From contig JBOGWA010000099.1 of NCBI GenBank assembly GCA_050693155.1, forward strand, positions 1-54,969: a DNA stretch of 54,969 nucleotides, in the 5' to 3' direction. This stretch comes from Actinomycetota bacterium. Its GTDB lineage: Bacteria > Actinomycetota > UBA4738 > CALAEC01. Both the position numbers and the translations under genes were made by a program. Numbering within the stretch: position 1 is the first letter of the stretch; the number at the start of each line of letters is the position of its first letter. The notes beneath the pieces are model-generated. The model searched no databases, had not been told where the DNA came from, and saw only the letters and a list, made by a program, of their open reading frames with translations. Below are positions 31,478 to 40,109 of this stretch, in pieces.

Positions 31478-31903
31478 ATGCGAGTACTCGTGATGACCGA
31501 GGCGCCCGAGGTCCTCCTGCCATGCCGCGTGAACCTCGAGTTCGCGGGGCATGAAGTGATTGCCGCGCACAGCGTCCCCGAGGGCGCCGTACGCGCCAAG
31601 GAGGACCACCCGGATGCGATCGCGCTCGACGTCGCGCTTCTCTCGAGAGGCGGATTCGCACTCCTCTGGCAGCTCGCGTTGCACCGATCGACGAGTGAGG
31701 TCCCGGTCATCCTGATCGCCGATCCTGGGGAGACGAACGGCTCAAACGGATCCGTGGGCCACGAGATCGCCGCCACGATCCTCACCCCGTCCACCCCCGG
31801 GCGGCTCCCGGACGCGATCTGGCGCCTCGGCTCTATGAATGGTGTCGAACGGAGCGTTCGGCGCCCGTCGAGGGTCGCCGTCTCTCTCCTCACGAAGACT
31901 TAG
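31478..31903 (+). CDS. Receiver-like (pseudo-receiver) domain protein
   Basis: About 141 aa. 'MRVLVMTEAPEV...HPDAIALDVAL...VPVILIADPGE' follows the beta-alpha pattern of CheY-like receivers, but the acidic pocket and the Thr/Lys positions are not canonical. An alternative ATG is at 31463. Confidence 0.45.
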   Translation: MRVLVMTEAPEVLLPCRVNLEFAGHEVIAAHSVPEGAVRAKEDHPDAIALDVALLSRGGFALLWQLALHRSTSEVPVILIADPGETNGSNGSVGHEIAATILTPSTPGRLPDAIWRLGSMNGVERSVRRPSRVAVSLLTKT

Positions 31904-31960
31904 ACTGGGTCGAGCGCCGCGGCGCGGCATCGACTCGCCGCCTGCCGATTTCCAACGGTC

Positions 31961-33403
31961 ATGGCTCAACGTCAACTCCTCGTGGCCTCGAACAGAGGGC
32001 CGGTCACCTTCATCGAAGAGAACGGCGCTCTCGTGCCTCGGCGCGGGGCAGGTGGATTGGTTACGGCTCTTACCGACGCCCTCGCTGCGAGCGGCGGCCG
32101 CTGGGTTGCTGCAGCGATGACCGACCTCGACCGTCGGCGCTCAGAGGAGGCCCCCGACGGAAGGCTCGACGTCGTTGTCGACGACCTGAAGCTCCAGATC
32201 AGGATGCTGGCCTTCGCTCCCGACACCTACGAGCGCTTCTACAACACCGTAAGCAACCGTCTTCTGTGGTTTCTCCACCACTACCTCTGGGATATCGCCC
32301 GCTGGCCGCGGTTCGGAGCCGAGTCGAGGCGGTCGTGGGCGGCCTTTCGGGAGGTCAACCGATCGTTCGCCGAAGCGCTCGCCGACGAGGCAGGCGATCG
32401 CGAGGCCGACGTGCTCGTGCAGGACTATCACCTATCGACCGTTCCGGCAGAGCTCAGGGTGCTGGCTCCAAAGGCGCGGATCGCCCACTTTCACCATTGT
32501 CCCTTCGCCGGGCCCGACTACCTCAGGCTGGTCCCTTCGTGGATACGAACCGAGCTGCTCGAGGGACTGCTCGGCGCGGACCTGCTCGGATTTCAGACCA
32601 GAGCATGGGCCGAGAGTTTCCTGTTCGGCTGCCGGCACCTCGACGGCGCGCGTGTCGATCCGCGCCGGCGGCTCGTCACCTGGCAGGGTCGGAAGGTGCG
32701 TGCAGGAGTATTCCCGATTTCGATCGACGCGGTCGCTCTCCAGGAGCTCGCATCAAGTCCCGCGGTCAAGAAGAAGCAGCGGCAGCTTTCGGACTGGCTC
32801 GGTGAGCGTCGCCTCCTCTTCCGAGCCGATCGCGCCGAGCTCTCCAAGAACGTGCTGCGGGGGTTCCTCGCCTACGAGGAGTTCCTGGATCGGTACCCGA
32901 AGTGGCGGGGAAAAGTGGTGTTCCTCGCACACTTGCAGCCGTCAAGGCGCGCGCTGCCCGAGTACCAGACCTACACGAACGAGTGTCTTCGCGCCGTGGA
33001 ACGGATCAACGAGAAGCTCGGTGGTGGCGACTGGCGCCCGATCGAAGTCGATCTCGTCGACGACTACGAGAAGGTGCTCGCCGCACACCAGTTGTACGAC
33101 GTCCTGCTCGTGAATCCGGTCTTCGACGGGATGAATCTGGTCGCGAAGGAGGGGGCGCTGTTGAACCGAAACGGAGGCGTCCTCCTGCTGTCGAAGACGG
33201 CAGGAGCCTTCGCCGAGCTCGGCCGGGGCGTTGTCCCCCTCGATCCGCTCGATGTCGGAGGAACCGCCGAAGCCATCGAATACGCGCTCGCGATGCCCGC
33301 CGAGGAGCGTGCACGCCGGACGCGCGTCCTTCGGCGGGAAGCGGCGCGCACGACCCCGGCGGAATGGGTCGAGCGGCAACTCGCCGCTCTCTCGGTTACG
33401 TAA
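31961..33403 (+). CDS. otsA: Alpha,alpha-trehalose-phosphate synthase (GT20)
   Basis: 480 aa. 'LLVASNRGPV', 'GGLVTAL', 'VQDYHL', 'RADRAELSKN' and 'LVNPVFDGMNLVAKE' are OtsA hallmarks. Confidence 0.9.
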   Translation: MAQRQLLVASNRGPVTFIEENGALVPRRGAGGLVTALTDALAASGGRWVAAAMTDLDRRRSEEAPDGRLDVVVDDLKLQIRMLAFAPDTYERFYNTVSNRLLWFLHHYLWDIARWPRFGAESRRSWAAFREVNRSFAEALADEAGDREADVLVQDYHLSTVPAELRVLAPKARIAHFHHCPFAGPDYLRLVPSWIRTELLEGLLGADLLGFQTRAWAESFLFGCRHLDGARVDPRRRLVTWQGRKVRAGVFPISIDAVALQELASSPAVKKKQRQLSDWLGERRLLFRADRAELSKNVLRGFLAYEEFLDRYPKWRGKVVFLAHLQPSRRALPEYQTYTNECLRAVERINEKLGGGDWRPIEVDLVDDYEKVLAAHQLYDVLLVNPVFDGMNLVAKEGALLNRNGGVLLLSKTAGAFAELGRGVVPLDPLDVGGTAEAIEYALAMPAEERARRTRVLRREAARTTPAEWVERQLAALSVT

Positions 33404-34157
33404 GCAGCAAACGAAGAAACTCCAACAACTCCCGGGGCCCGTCGACGGTCGCATCTGCTGCCGCCAGGAGCTCCGGCGGAGCTTCGGGCGACGCGACGGC
33501 GACCTTCACACCGGCGAGCCCGCGCCGCACGAGCCGATCTACTGCGGCGAACGCGTCGAGATCGCCGACATCGTCACCCGCGTACAGAACGGCACGAAGC
33601 GACTCCTCCCCCGCGATCCGCTCCACGACGTCGCCTTTCGACGGTGCATCCGCCGCCGCAATCTCGACGATGCGCCGGCCGCCCGTCGTGCGCAAGCCGG
33701 CCTCACGCGCAATCGGCTCCAGGCGCGCGAGGAGCTTCGACCCGACCTCATCGGGATGTGCGGCGTCTCGATAGTGCACCGCCACCTGCGGGCCTTTCCG
33801 TTCCACGTGAGCCCCAACCTCCGCGGCAATTGCTTCAACGCTCGGAAGGATGCGCCGGACCTCGTCCGTCGGTGGAAGACCCTGAGACCCCTCCTCCTGG
33901 CCATGAAGACCAAAGACGCGGACGTTCACCCCAAGCAGCTCCCCGACCTCGGCCGCGCGCCGGCCCGATACGACCACGACGCTCCGGAAGGGGGCGGTCA
34001 GCTGTTCCAAGACCTCGGTGACGCCGGGAAGCGCGCTCGCCTCTTCCGGGCGGGGAACGATCTCGGCAAGGGTCCCGTCGAAGTCGAGGAACACCCCCGC
34101 CTCGGACCGCCGGGCCCTCATGCGAGCGGCGAGCTGTTCGAGCTGTGCCCGCGCCAT
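33396..34157 (-). CDS. otsB: Trehalose-phosphatase
   Basis: 'VFLDFDGTLAEIVPRPEEA', 'VVVSGR' and 'LYAGDDVGDLDAF' are HAD/OtsB motifs. I chose the start at the M of MARAQLEQ. Its 3' end overlaps the 3' end of otsA by 8 nt (convergent). Confidence 0.85.
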   Translation of the reverse strand: MARAQLEQLAARMRARRSEAGVFLDFDGTLAEIVPRPEEASALPGVTEVLEQLTAPFRSVVVVSGRRAAEVGELLGVNVRVFGLHGQEEGSQGLPPTDEVRRILPSVEAIAAEVGAHVERKGPQVAVHYRDAAHPDEVGSKLLARLEPIAREAGLRTTGGRRIVEIAAADAPSKGDVVERIAGEESLRAVLYAGDDVGDLDAFAAVDRLVRRGLAGVKVAVASPEAPPELLAAADATVDGPRELLEFLRLLLT

Positions 34158-34192
34158 GGGGCCGAGCGTACCCTTGCTACACTCCGCCCGAG

Positions 34193-35008
34193 TTGCGCCG
34201 CGCGACACCGCTTCTGGGAGTTATCTTCGTCGTTCTCTCAGCGTGCGCGAGCGATCACGTCACACTCGCGTACCGGCTCGACACGGGCCGGGCGCTCGAG
34301 TACCGCCTCTTATTGAGCGCCAAGATCGCGCGCACGCTCGATACGAAGACGACGGGGCAGACGATCGAGGCGACGTTTCTGGCCTCGCAGGAAATCTTGG
34401 GATCGCTTCCGGACAACGGCGTCCGCGCGCGCATGTCGCTTCGTCCCGAGTCGCTCATCGTCGATGGGAGAACGGTCGGGGTCGGACTCCCCCAGGAGTT
34501 CGACATCATCCTGGCCGAAGACGGTCGCGTGGTTGAGATCGATCGGGTCGGCGGCGCCGCATCAGAGGAACTCTCACAAGTCGGGATCGAGCGACTCCTC
34601 CCTCGGCTGAGACCCGTCCTTCCGGAGGGCGCCGCGCGGCCCGGAGATTCCTGGCAGTCGAGCGCCGAATTCACCGATCCAGCCGGCACGTTCTCCCTCG
34701 ATCTTCGATCCCGACTCGCGGCGCTCGGTGTGACGGACGGCGTGAAGGCCGCGCTCGTGCGAACGTCGTACGTCTCCCCGGTCGATCGCGAGGAGATCTT
34801 CGCGAACGCCGTCGCCGAGGTGCGCGGTCGAGACATCGGGACGCAGGAGACGTGGTTCGCCCTGGACGGATTCCTCGTGCGGTCGAGGGGTGACTCCGTG
34901 GGACGCTACGAGATCACGTTCCGCCCGCCGGGCGGTGAGGCTGGAGTCGCCGCGGTCAAGGGGCGGCTGGAAGTGCGCCTGCACACGGAGATGCAGCTCC
35001 TTCCCTAG
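34193..35008 (+). CDS. Lipoprotein of unknown function
   Basis: A TTG start gives 'LRRATPLLGVIFVVLSAC' (lipobox LSAC). The track ORF starts at 34145. No family was recognised. Confidence 0.5.
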   Translation: MRRATPLLGVIFVVLSACASDHVTLAYRLDTGRALEYRLLLSAKIARTLDTKTTGQTIEATFLASQEILGSLPDNGVRARMSLRPESLIVDGRTVGVGLPQEFDIILAEDGRVVEIDRVGGAASEELSQVGIERLLPRLRPVLPEGAARPGDSWQSSAEFTDPAGTFSLDLRSRLAALGVTDGVKAALVRTSYVSPVDREEIFANAVAEVRGRDIGTQETWFALDGFLVRSRGDSVGRYEITFRPPGGEAGVAAVKGRLEVRLHTEMQLLP

Positions 35009-35535
35009 CCCTGCTGTTCCGCGTAGTCCTGACCGAGAACGATCGTGACGCGGACGTCCTGGTTCAGTTGGGCGGTCGCGCGCTCGAGGACGGCTCCCCC
35101 GAAGAACGTCTGTCGCAGGTGTCGTGCCTCGAGCTTCGAGTCATCCTGATAGAACAGGGTGGTCACCTCGTAGCTCGTTTGCGCGTTGGCGACGGCCAGC
35201 ACTCGATACCCCTCATTCTCGAGGAGCTCGGCGGTCTCCGCCGCGAGACCGGACTGAGCCGTCCCGTTGAGCACTTGGACGGTCACTCCCTCCACCTCCG
35301 GACTCGCTTCCGGGGCCGGGGATTCCTCCTGGAGCGGCGAGGTGGGCGATTCGGTCTCCTGAGGAAGAACCGTCTGTGGCTCATCGGGAAGGTCCGTCGC
35401 CGGAGTGGGGAACGCCTTCGTGAGCATCACCACGCCCAATATGACCGCGGCGATGACGAGGCCGACTCTTAGGACCGCTGTCGCCACTGATCCGTAGAAG
35501 CTCGCCTTCGATGGAGGCTCGTGCTTCGGTTCCAC
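35005..35535 (-). CDS. LytR_C (LytR cell-envelope-related C-terminal) domain protein, membrane anchored
   Basis: 176 aa with one TM helix and a Pro/Glu linker, then 'VTVQVLNGTAQSGLAAETAELLENEGYRV...VTIVLGQDY', which is typical of LytR_C. Confidence 0.75.
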   Translation of the reverse strand: MEPKHEPPSKASFYGSVATAVLRVGLVIAAVILGVVMLTKAFPTPATDLPDEPQTVLPQETESPTSPLQEESPAPEASPEVEGVTVQVLNGTAQSGLAAETAELLENEGYRVLAVANAQTSYEVTTLFYQDDSKLEARHLRQTFFGGAVLERATAQLNQDVRVTIVLGQDYAEQQG

Positions 35536-35548
35536 GCCCGTCTCTTGC

Positions 35549-35812
35549 TCACTGTTCGAGACCGAGGGATCCGCCGAGGCGCTGCCGCCTTCGGGCGGCG
35601 CGTCGGCGTCTCAACCGCTTCACGAGCAAGGGATCGAAGCGCAGGGCCTCCTGACGATCGATGATCAGATCCAGGAGCCGATAATACCGCGCCGCCGAGA
35701 GGCTCAAGCGGGACCGGATGTTGCGCTCCTTCGGCCCTGCGAGCCGCCACCAGGTTCGCTCGAAATCGAGAATCTCTCTCGAGCGCCCGTCGAGTTGCGC
35801 CTCCTCGTCCAT
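35549..35812 (-). CDS. DUF3263-family protein
   Basis: 87 aa. 'REILDFERTWWRLAGPKERNIRSRLSLSAARYYRLLDLIIDRQEALRFDPLLVKRLRR' matches my memory of the actinobacterial DUF3263 pattern. Confidence 0.7.
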   Translation of the reverse strand: MDEEAQLDGRSREILDFERTWWRLAGPKERNIRSRLSLSAARYYRLLDLIIDRQEALRFDPLLVKRLRRRRAARRRQRLGGSLGLEQ

Positions 35813-35876
35813 CGATCTGCGAACGACTCGAGAATAGGGAGCGTATGGGGGTGATTCAAGGAATTCCCCGATCTGC

Positions 35877-37121
35877 CTACGGAAAGAGGCCGCGCGTTGT
35901 GTGCGCTTCCGCGACGCGACTCACGCCGAGAATCGTTGCGGCCTGACGCATCGAAACCTTCCGGTTCTCCGCCATCTCCAGCACTTCGACGTAGGAGCGC
36001 TCCATGACCCGACGGAGCCGGGCGTTCACTTCCTCCTCGGTCCAGAAATAGGCCTGGATGTCCTGCACCCACTCGAAATAGGACACCGAAACCCCTCCGG
36101 CGTTCGCGAGGATGTCGGGGACGATCTGGACGTCGCGATCCCCGAGAATCTCGTCTGCTACCGGGGTCGTCGGGCCGTTGGCCGCCTCGACGATCACCTT
36201 GGCCCGGATGTCGTCGGCGTTCGACTCGTCGATGACACCTTCGAGCGCGGCGGGAACCAGCACATCGCACTCGAGGGTGAGGAGCTCGTCGTGGCTTACC
36301 GCCTCGCCGCCTTCGAACCCTCCCACGGTGCCGGCGACGTTCTTGTGCGCCGCAAGCCCGACGGGGGAGAGGCCCCGCGGGTTAGAGACGGCCCCGTGCG
36401 CATCGCCGACTCCGACGATGAGGCAACCCTGGTCGTGAAGGAGCTCAACCGCGGGCACCCCGACCTTCCCGTATCCCTGGATAACGACCCGCGCTTCGTC
36501 CACCGGCATGCCGAGGTGCTTGAGGGTTGCGACCGTGACGTACACAACGCCCCGCGCCGTCGCGGCGCTGCGCCCCGCGGAGCCGCCGATCGCGACCGGC
36601 TTCCCCGTGACGACACCGGGAACCGAGTAGCCCTGGTTCATCGAATACGTATCCATGATCCACGACATGATCTGCTCGTCGGTTCCGACATCGGGTGCGG
36701 GAATGTCCTTTTCCGGACCGATGAGCGGCAGAATCTCCGACGCGTAACGGCGCGTCATGCGTTCGAGCTCACCCATCGAGAGTTCGTGCGGATCCACGAC
36801 GACCCCGCCCTTCGCCCCGCCGTAGGGGATGTTCACGACGGCACACTTCCACGTCATCCACATCGCGAGCGCCTTAACCTCGTCGAGCGTGACGCTCGGG
36901 TGGTACCGGATGCCGCCCTTCGACGGACCCCGAGAGGTGTTGTGGTGCACGCGATACCCGGTGAACACCTTCACGGCGCCGTCGTCCATCGAGACGGGGA
37001 CGGCGACGGTGAGGGCGCGTTTGGGGTGCCGAAGGATTTCGTGAACGCGGGAATCCAGGTTCATGATGCCGGCAGCTTCGTCGAGCTGCGAGAGTGCCTG
37101 TTCCCACGCGTTGATCGTCAC
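35877..37121 (-). CDS. gdh: Glutamate dehydrogenase (Glu/Leu/Phe/Val dehydrogenase family), copy 1
   Basis: 414 aa. 'GPSKGGIRYHPSVTLDEVKALAMWMTWKCAVVNIPYGGAKGGV' holds the catalytic Lys box, and the Rossmann motif is 'IQGYGKVG'. Confidence 0.9.
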   Translation of the reverse strand: MTINAWEQALSQLDEAAGIMNLDSRVHEILRHPKRALTVAVPVSMDDGAVKVFTGYRVHHNTSRGPSKGGIRYHPSVTLDEVKALAMWMTWKCAVVNIPYGGAKGGVVVDPHELSMGELERMTRRYASEILPLIGPEKDIPAPDVGTDEQIMSWIMDTYSMNQGYSVPGVVTGKPVAIGGSAGRSAATARGVVYVTVATLKHLGMPVDEARVVIQGYGKVGVPAVELLHDQGCLIVGVGDAHGAVSNPRGLSPVGLAAHKNVAGTVGGFEGGEAVSHDELLTLECDVLVPAALEGVIDESNADDIRAKVIVEAANGPTTPVADEILGDRDVQIVPDILANAGGVSVSYFEWVQDIQAYFWTEEEVNARLRRVMERSYVEVLEMAENRKVSMRQAATILGVSRVAEAHTTRGLFP

Positions 37122-37183
37122 GCGACTTCCTTGTCCGCGCCGATGACCTCAGTCTACTCGACGCCCCGACGAAACCCTGGAGC

Positions 37184-38488
37184 CTAGATGTAGCCGCGAA
37201 GACGGGCGGCTTCGGTGACCTTCTCGATCGCGATCGCGTATGCCGCGAGACGGAGGGAGACGGCGTCTACGGTCGCTCGCGAATGGACGTTCGCCCACGC
37301 GGCCGACATCTGCCGCTTCAGTTGCTGGTTGACACCCTCCTCTTCCCACCGAAACTGCTGGATGTTCTGCACCCATTCCAGATACGAAACCGCAACCCCG
37401 CCGGCGTTGGCGAGGACGTCGGGGATCACTCGGACTCCGTTTCCCTCGAGGATCGCGTCGCCTGCGGGGCTCACCGGGTGGTTGGCGGCCTCGATGACCA
37501 GCCGAGCCTTCACTCGATCTGCGTTCCGGTCGGTCACGACCTTGTCGAGCGCGGCCGGGATGAGGATGTTCACGTCGAGCTCGAGGAGCTCGTCGTTCGC
37601 GATGGCCTCCGTCCCTGGCGCCTCCACAACCGAGCCGCTTTCCAGCGAGTGGTCGAACACCGCCTGGACGTCCAGGCCGTCGCCGCGGTGAACGCCCCCT
37701 CGGACGTCCGAAACGGCCACGACTTGGCAACCGAGCTCTCCGATCAGACGGGCGGTCCAGGAACCGACGTTCCCGAAGCCTTGGACCGCAACCGTGGCCC
37801 CATCAAGGGTGACGTCGAGATCCTTTGCGGCATCCCGGAGGCAAAGGACGACGCCGCGGCCGGTGGCGGCGTCACGACCGTAGGAACCGCCAAGCGGCAC
37901 GGGCTTCCCGGTCACGATCGCAGGCGTATAGCCGAATCTGGACGAGTAGGCATCCATCATCCACGCCATGGTCTGAGCGTTGGTTCCCATGTCCGGGGCG
38001 GGAATGTCCCGGTTGACTCCGAGGACGTAGCCGATCATCGACGTAAAACGCCGCGTGAGCCGCTGAAGCTCTCCCTCGCTCATCGCATGGGGATCGCATT
38101 GGACCCCGCCCTTCGCGCCCCCGAAGGGAACATCGATGATCGCGTTCTTCCAGGTCATGAGCGCGGCAAGCGCGCGCACCTCGTCGAGATCGGCCGACGG
38201 GTGGTATCGGATCCCTCCCTTGTACGGTCCGCGCGCGCCGTTGTGCTGAATGCGATACCCCGTGAACACCGTGAGGCTTCCGTCGTCCAAACGAACGGGG
38301 ACCTGGACCCGCAGCTCGCGGTAGGAGGTCCTGAACACGGCCCGCATCTCCTCCTCGAGACCAACGTGCTCGGCGGCGCGGTCGAAGAAAAGATTGACGG
38401 CTTCGAAGGGAGTCATGTCGGCGATCGGGGACGCCATCCCCGTTTCCTTCGGCGGCGTCTTCGCTCGCGCCTTTTCCTCGGTCGCCAT
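37184..38488 (-). CDS. gdh: Glutamate dehydrogenase (Glu/Leu/Phe/Val dehydrogenase family), copy 2
   Basis: 434 aa. 'GPYKGGIRYHPSADLDEVRALAALMTWKNAIIDVPFGGAKGGV' and 'VQGFGNVG'. It has an N-terminal extension of about 20 aa relative to copy 1. Confidence 0.9.
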   Translation of the reverse strand: MATEEKARAKTPPKETGMASPIADMTPFEAVNLFFDRAAEHVGLEEEMRAVFRTSYRELRVQVPVRLDDGSLTVFTGYRIQHNGARGPYKGGIRYHPSADLDEVRALAALMTWKNAIIDVPFGGAKGGVQCDPHAMSEGELQRLTRRFTSMIGYVLGVNRDIPAPDMGTNAQTMAWMMDAYSSRFGYTPAIVTGKPVPLGGSYGRDAATGRGVVLCLRDAAKDLDVTLDGATVAVQGFGNVGSWTARLIGELGCQVVAVSDVRGGVHRGDGLDVQAVFDHSLESGSVVEAPGTEAIANDELLELDVNILIPAALDKVVTDRNADRVKARLVIEAANHPVSPAGDAILEGNGVRVIPDVLANAGGVAVSYLEWVQNIQQFRWEEEGVNQQLKRQMSAAWANVHSRATVDAVSLRLAAYAIAIEKVTEAARLRGYI

Positions 38489-38555
38489 CTATTCCCCCCG
38501 AACCCCCGTGCGAGCGTAGCGATCGCGGCGAGGCTCCGCCAGCCGACCTTCTCTT

Positions 38556-39179
38556 GTGGTCAAATTGCGGAAATTCTCGGGAGGTGATGGCGTGGCCGTG
38601 CGGTACCCCCTGCGTCTCGGTCTTCGGGCGCGTCGCAACATAGCGATGTGGCGCCCATTCGTGCACTGGCTCCTAGCAATCCCGCAGCTGCTGATCACGT
38701 ACGCGCTTCGAACACTGCGCCAGGCGCTTCTGATCATCAGTTTCTTCTCGGTTCTTTTCACCGGGCGCATCCCGCGCGGACTCTTCGACACGATCGTCAT
38801 GACCTTCCGGTACCGATGGCGAGTGGTCTCGTATCTCATCTGGATGCGGGAGTCGTATCCGCCGTTCGATTTCACTCCCTCGGCTGCCGATGTCGGAGGT
38901 GACCCGGCGTTCGTTTCCGTCCGATACCCGAGACGGCTCAATCAGTGGTTGCCGCTCGTGAAGTGGTTTCTCGCGATCCCGCACTTCGTCGTCCTCGTGT
39001 TCCTGAAGGTGGGGGCGGTCTTCGCCATCATCCTCTCGATCTTCGGCGTGCTCGCAACCGGGCAGTATCCCGAGGGAATTGGGAGGTACATCGTCGGGGT
39101 CACGCGGTGGAGCCTCCGCGTCGAGGCCTATGTCTTTTTCCTACGCGACGAGTACCCTCCGTTCCGGCTGAGCCCGTAG
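38556..39179 (+). CDS. DUF4389-family membrane protein (two tandem DUF4389 modules)
   Basis: Two repeats of 'W(R/L)P(F/L)V(H/K)W(L/F)LAIP(Q/H)...(F/L)F(T/A)G(R/Q)(I/Y)P(R/E)G...Y(L/V).(W/F).R(E/D).YPPF'. The start is ambiguous (GTG at 38556, 38592 or 38598). Confidence 0.7.
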   Translation: MVKLRKFSGGDGVAVRYPLRLGLRARRNIAMWRPFVHWLLAIPQLLITYALRTLRQALLIISFFSVLFTGRIPRGLFDTIVMTFRYRWRVVSYLIWMRESYPPFDFTPSAADVGGDPAFVSVRYPRRLNQWLPLVKWFLAIPHFVVLVFLKVGAVFAIILSIFGVLATGQYPEGIGRYIVGVTRWSLRVEAYVFFLRDEYPPFRLSP

Positions 39180-39195
39180 AAGGGAATCCGGCAGG

Positions 39196-39996
39196 ATGAT
39201 CAGACGGCTGGCCCCCCTTTCGATCGGAGCGGTCTTGGTACTGGCCGTCGGCTCCGGGGCGCGTGCACACGCAGGCCCCGATCCGTTCCCCTTCGAGCGA
39301 GGTGGTCCCCTGGGGGAGGGGCTCCCCAACCTCGTCCCGATCGCGCCGAGGGATATCGGCATGGGGCCCACCGACGAGGGGGATGGGCGAGCGATCCGCT
39401 TCACGTCGTCAACCGCGAACCTCGGAGACTTCTCCCTCGAGCTTGCGGGAATCCCCGATACGGAATCCCCGGAGTCGGCCGCTATGCAATGCATCACGTG
39501 GCCGGCCGATCGGGTTTGCGGCAGCTATCAGAAAGTCGGAACCTTCGTCTACCACGAGGCTCACGCGCACTACCACTTCGAGGACTTCGCGCTCTACGAA
39601 TTGCGAAAGCTCAGGAAGGGAAAACCCGACATGCGCAGGGAGGGGCTCGTCGCCCCGAGCACCAAGGCGTCCTTCTGCCTGATCGATTCCTCACCCGCCG
39701 GTCCGTCACGCGGCCCTCTCTATGACGTCCCGTATCCCCTGTATGCCTCGTGTCTTGCGGGGACCCCTAACGGGGGGTTCGCAGGCGTCCAGGGAATCTC
39801 CGCAGGGTGGATGGATACCTATGCGTCCGGGCTTCCAGGGCAACAGATCCCGATCGCCGGGGTGCCGAGCGGCAGATACGCGATCGTGGTCACGACCGAT
39901 CCGGAGAACCGGCTCTTCGAAAGCAACGAGGACGACAACATCGCCTTCACTCGAGTAGCGATTCTCAAGGGTGGGGCCACCGCAGCGGAGCGGTAG
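39196..39996 (+). CDS. Secreted lysyl-oxidase-family copper amine oxidase homologue
   Basis: 266 aa with a signal peptide. 'VYHEAHAHYHFEDFALYEL' aligns with animal LOX 'WHSCHQHYHSMDEFSHYDL' (Cu-binding His triad). 'TKASFCLIDS' aligns with 'HKASFCLEDT' (LTQ Lys). 'GISAGWMDTY' aligns with 'GLSPGCYDTY' (LTQ Tyr). 'ESNEDDN' aligns with 'ESDYTNN'. Confidence 0.8.
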   Translation: MIRRLAPLSIGAVLVLAVGSGARAHAGPDPFPFERGGPLGEGLPNLVPIAPRDIGMGPTDEGDGRAIRFTSSTANLGDFSLELAGIPDTESPESAAMQCITWPADRVCGSYQKVGTFVYHEAHAHYHFEDFALYELRKLRKGKPDMRREGLVAPSTKASFCLIDSSPAGPSRGPLYDVPYPLYASCLAGTPNGGFAGVQGISAGWMDTYASGLPGQQIPIAGVPSGRYAIVVTTDPENRLFESNEDDNIAFTRVAILKGGATAAER

Positions 39997-40014
39997 CCCC
40001 CGGTCAGATGGCTG

Positions 40015-40088
40015 AGCTGGCGGCGGGATTCGAACCCGCGACCTAGCGATTACAAATCGCTTGCGCTACCGGACTGCGCCACGCCAGC
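40015..40088 (-). tRNA. tRNA-Thr (anticodon TGT)
   Basis: The reverse complement folds as follows. Acceptor stem GCTGGCG/CGCCAGC, D arm GCGC-AGTCCGGTA-GCGC, anticodon stem AGCGA/TCGCT with loop TTTGTAA, T arm GCGGG-TTCGAAT-CCCGC, discriminator T. Confidence 0.9.
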
Positions 40089-40109
40089 CCGACGATTCTA
40101 CTTGTGGCG

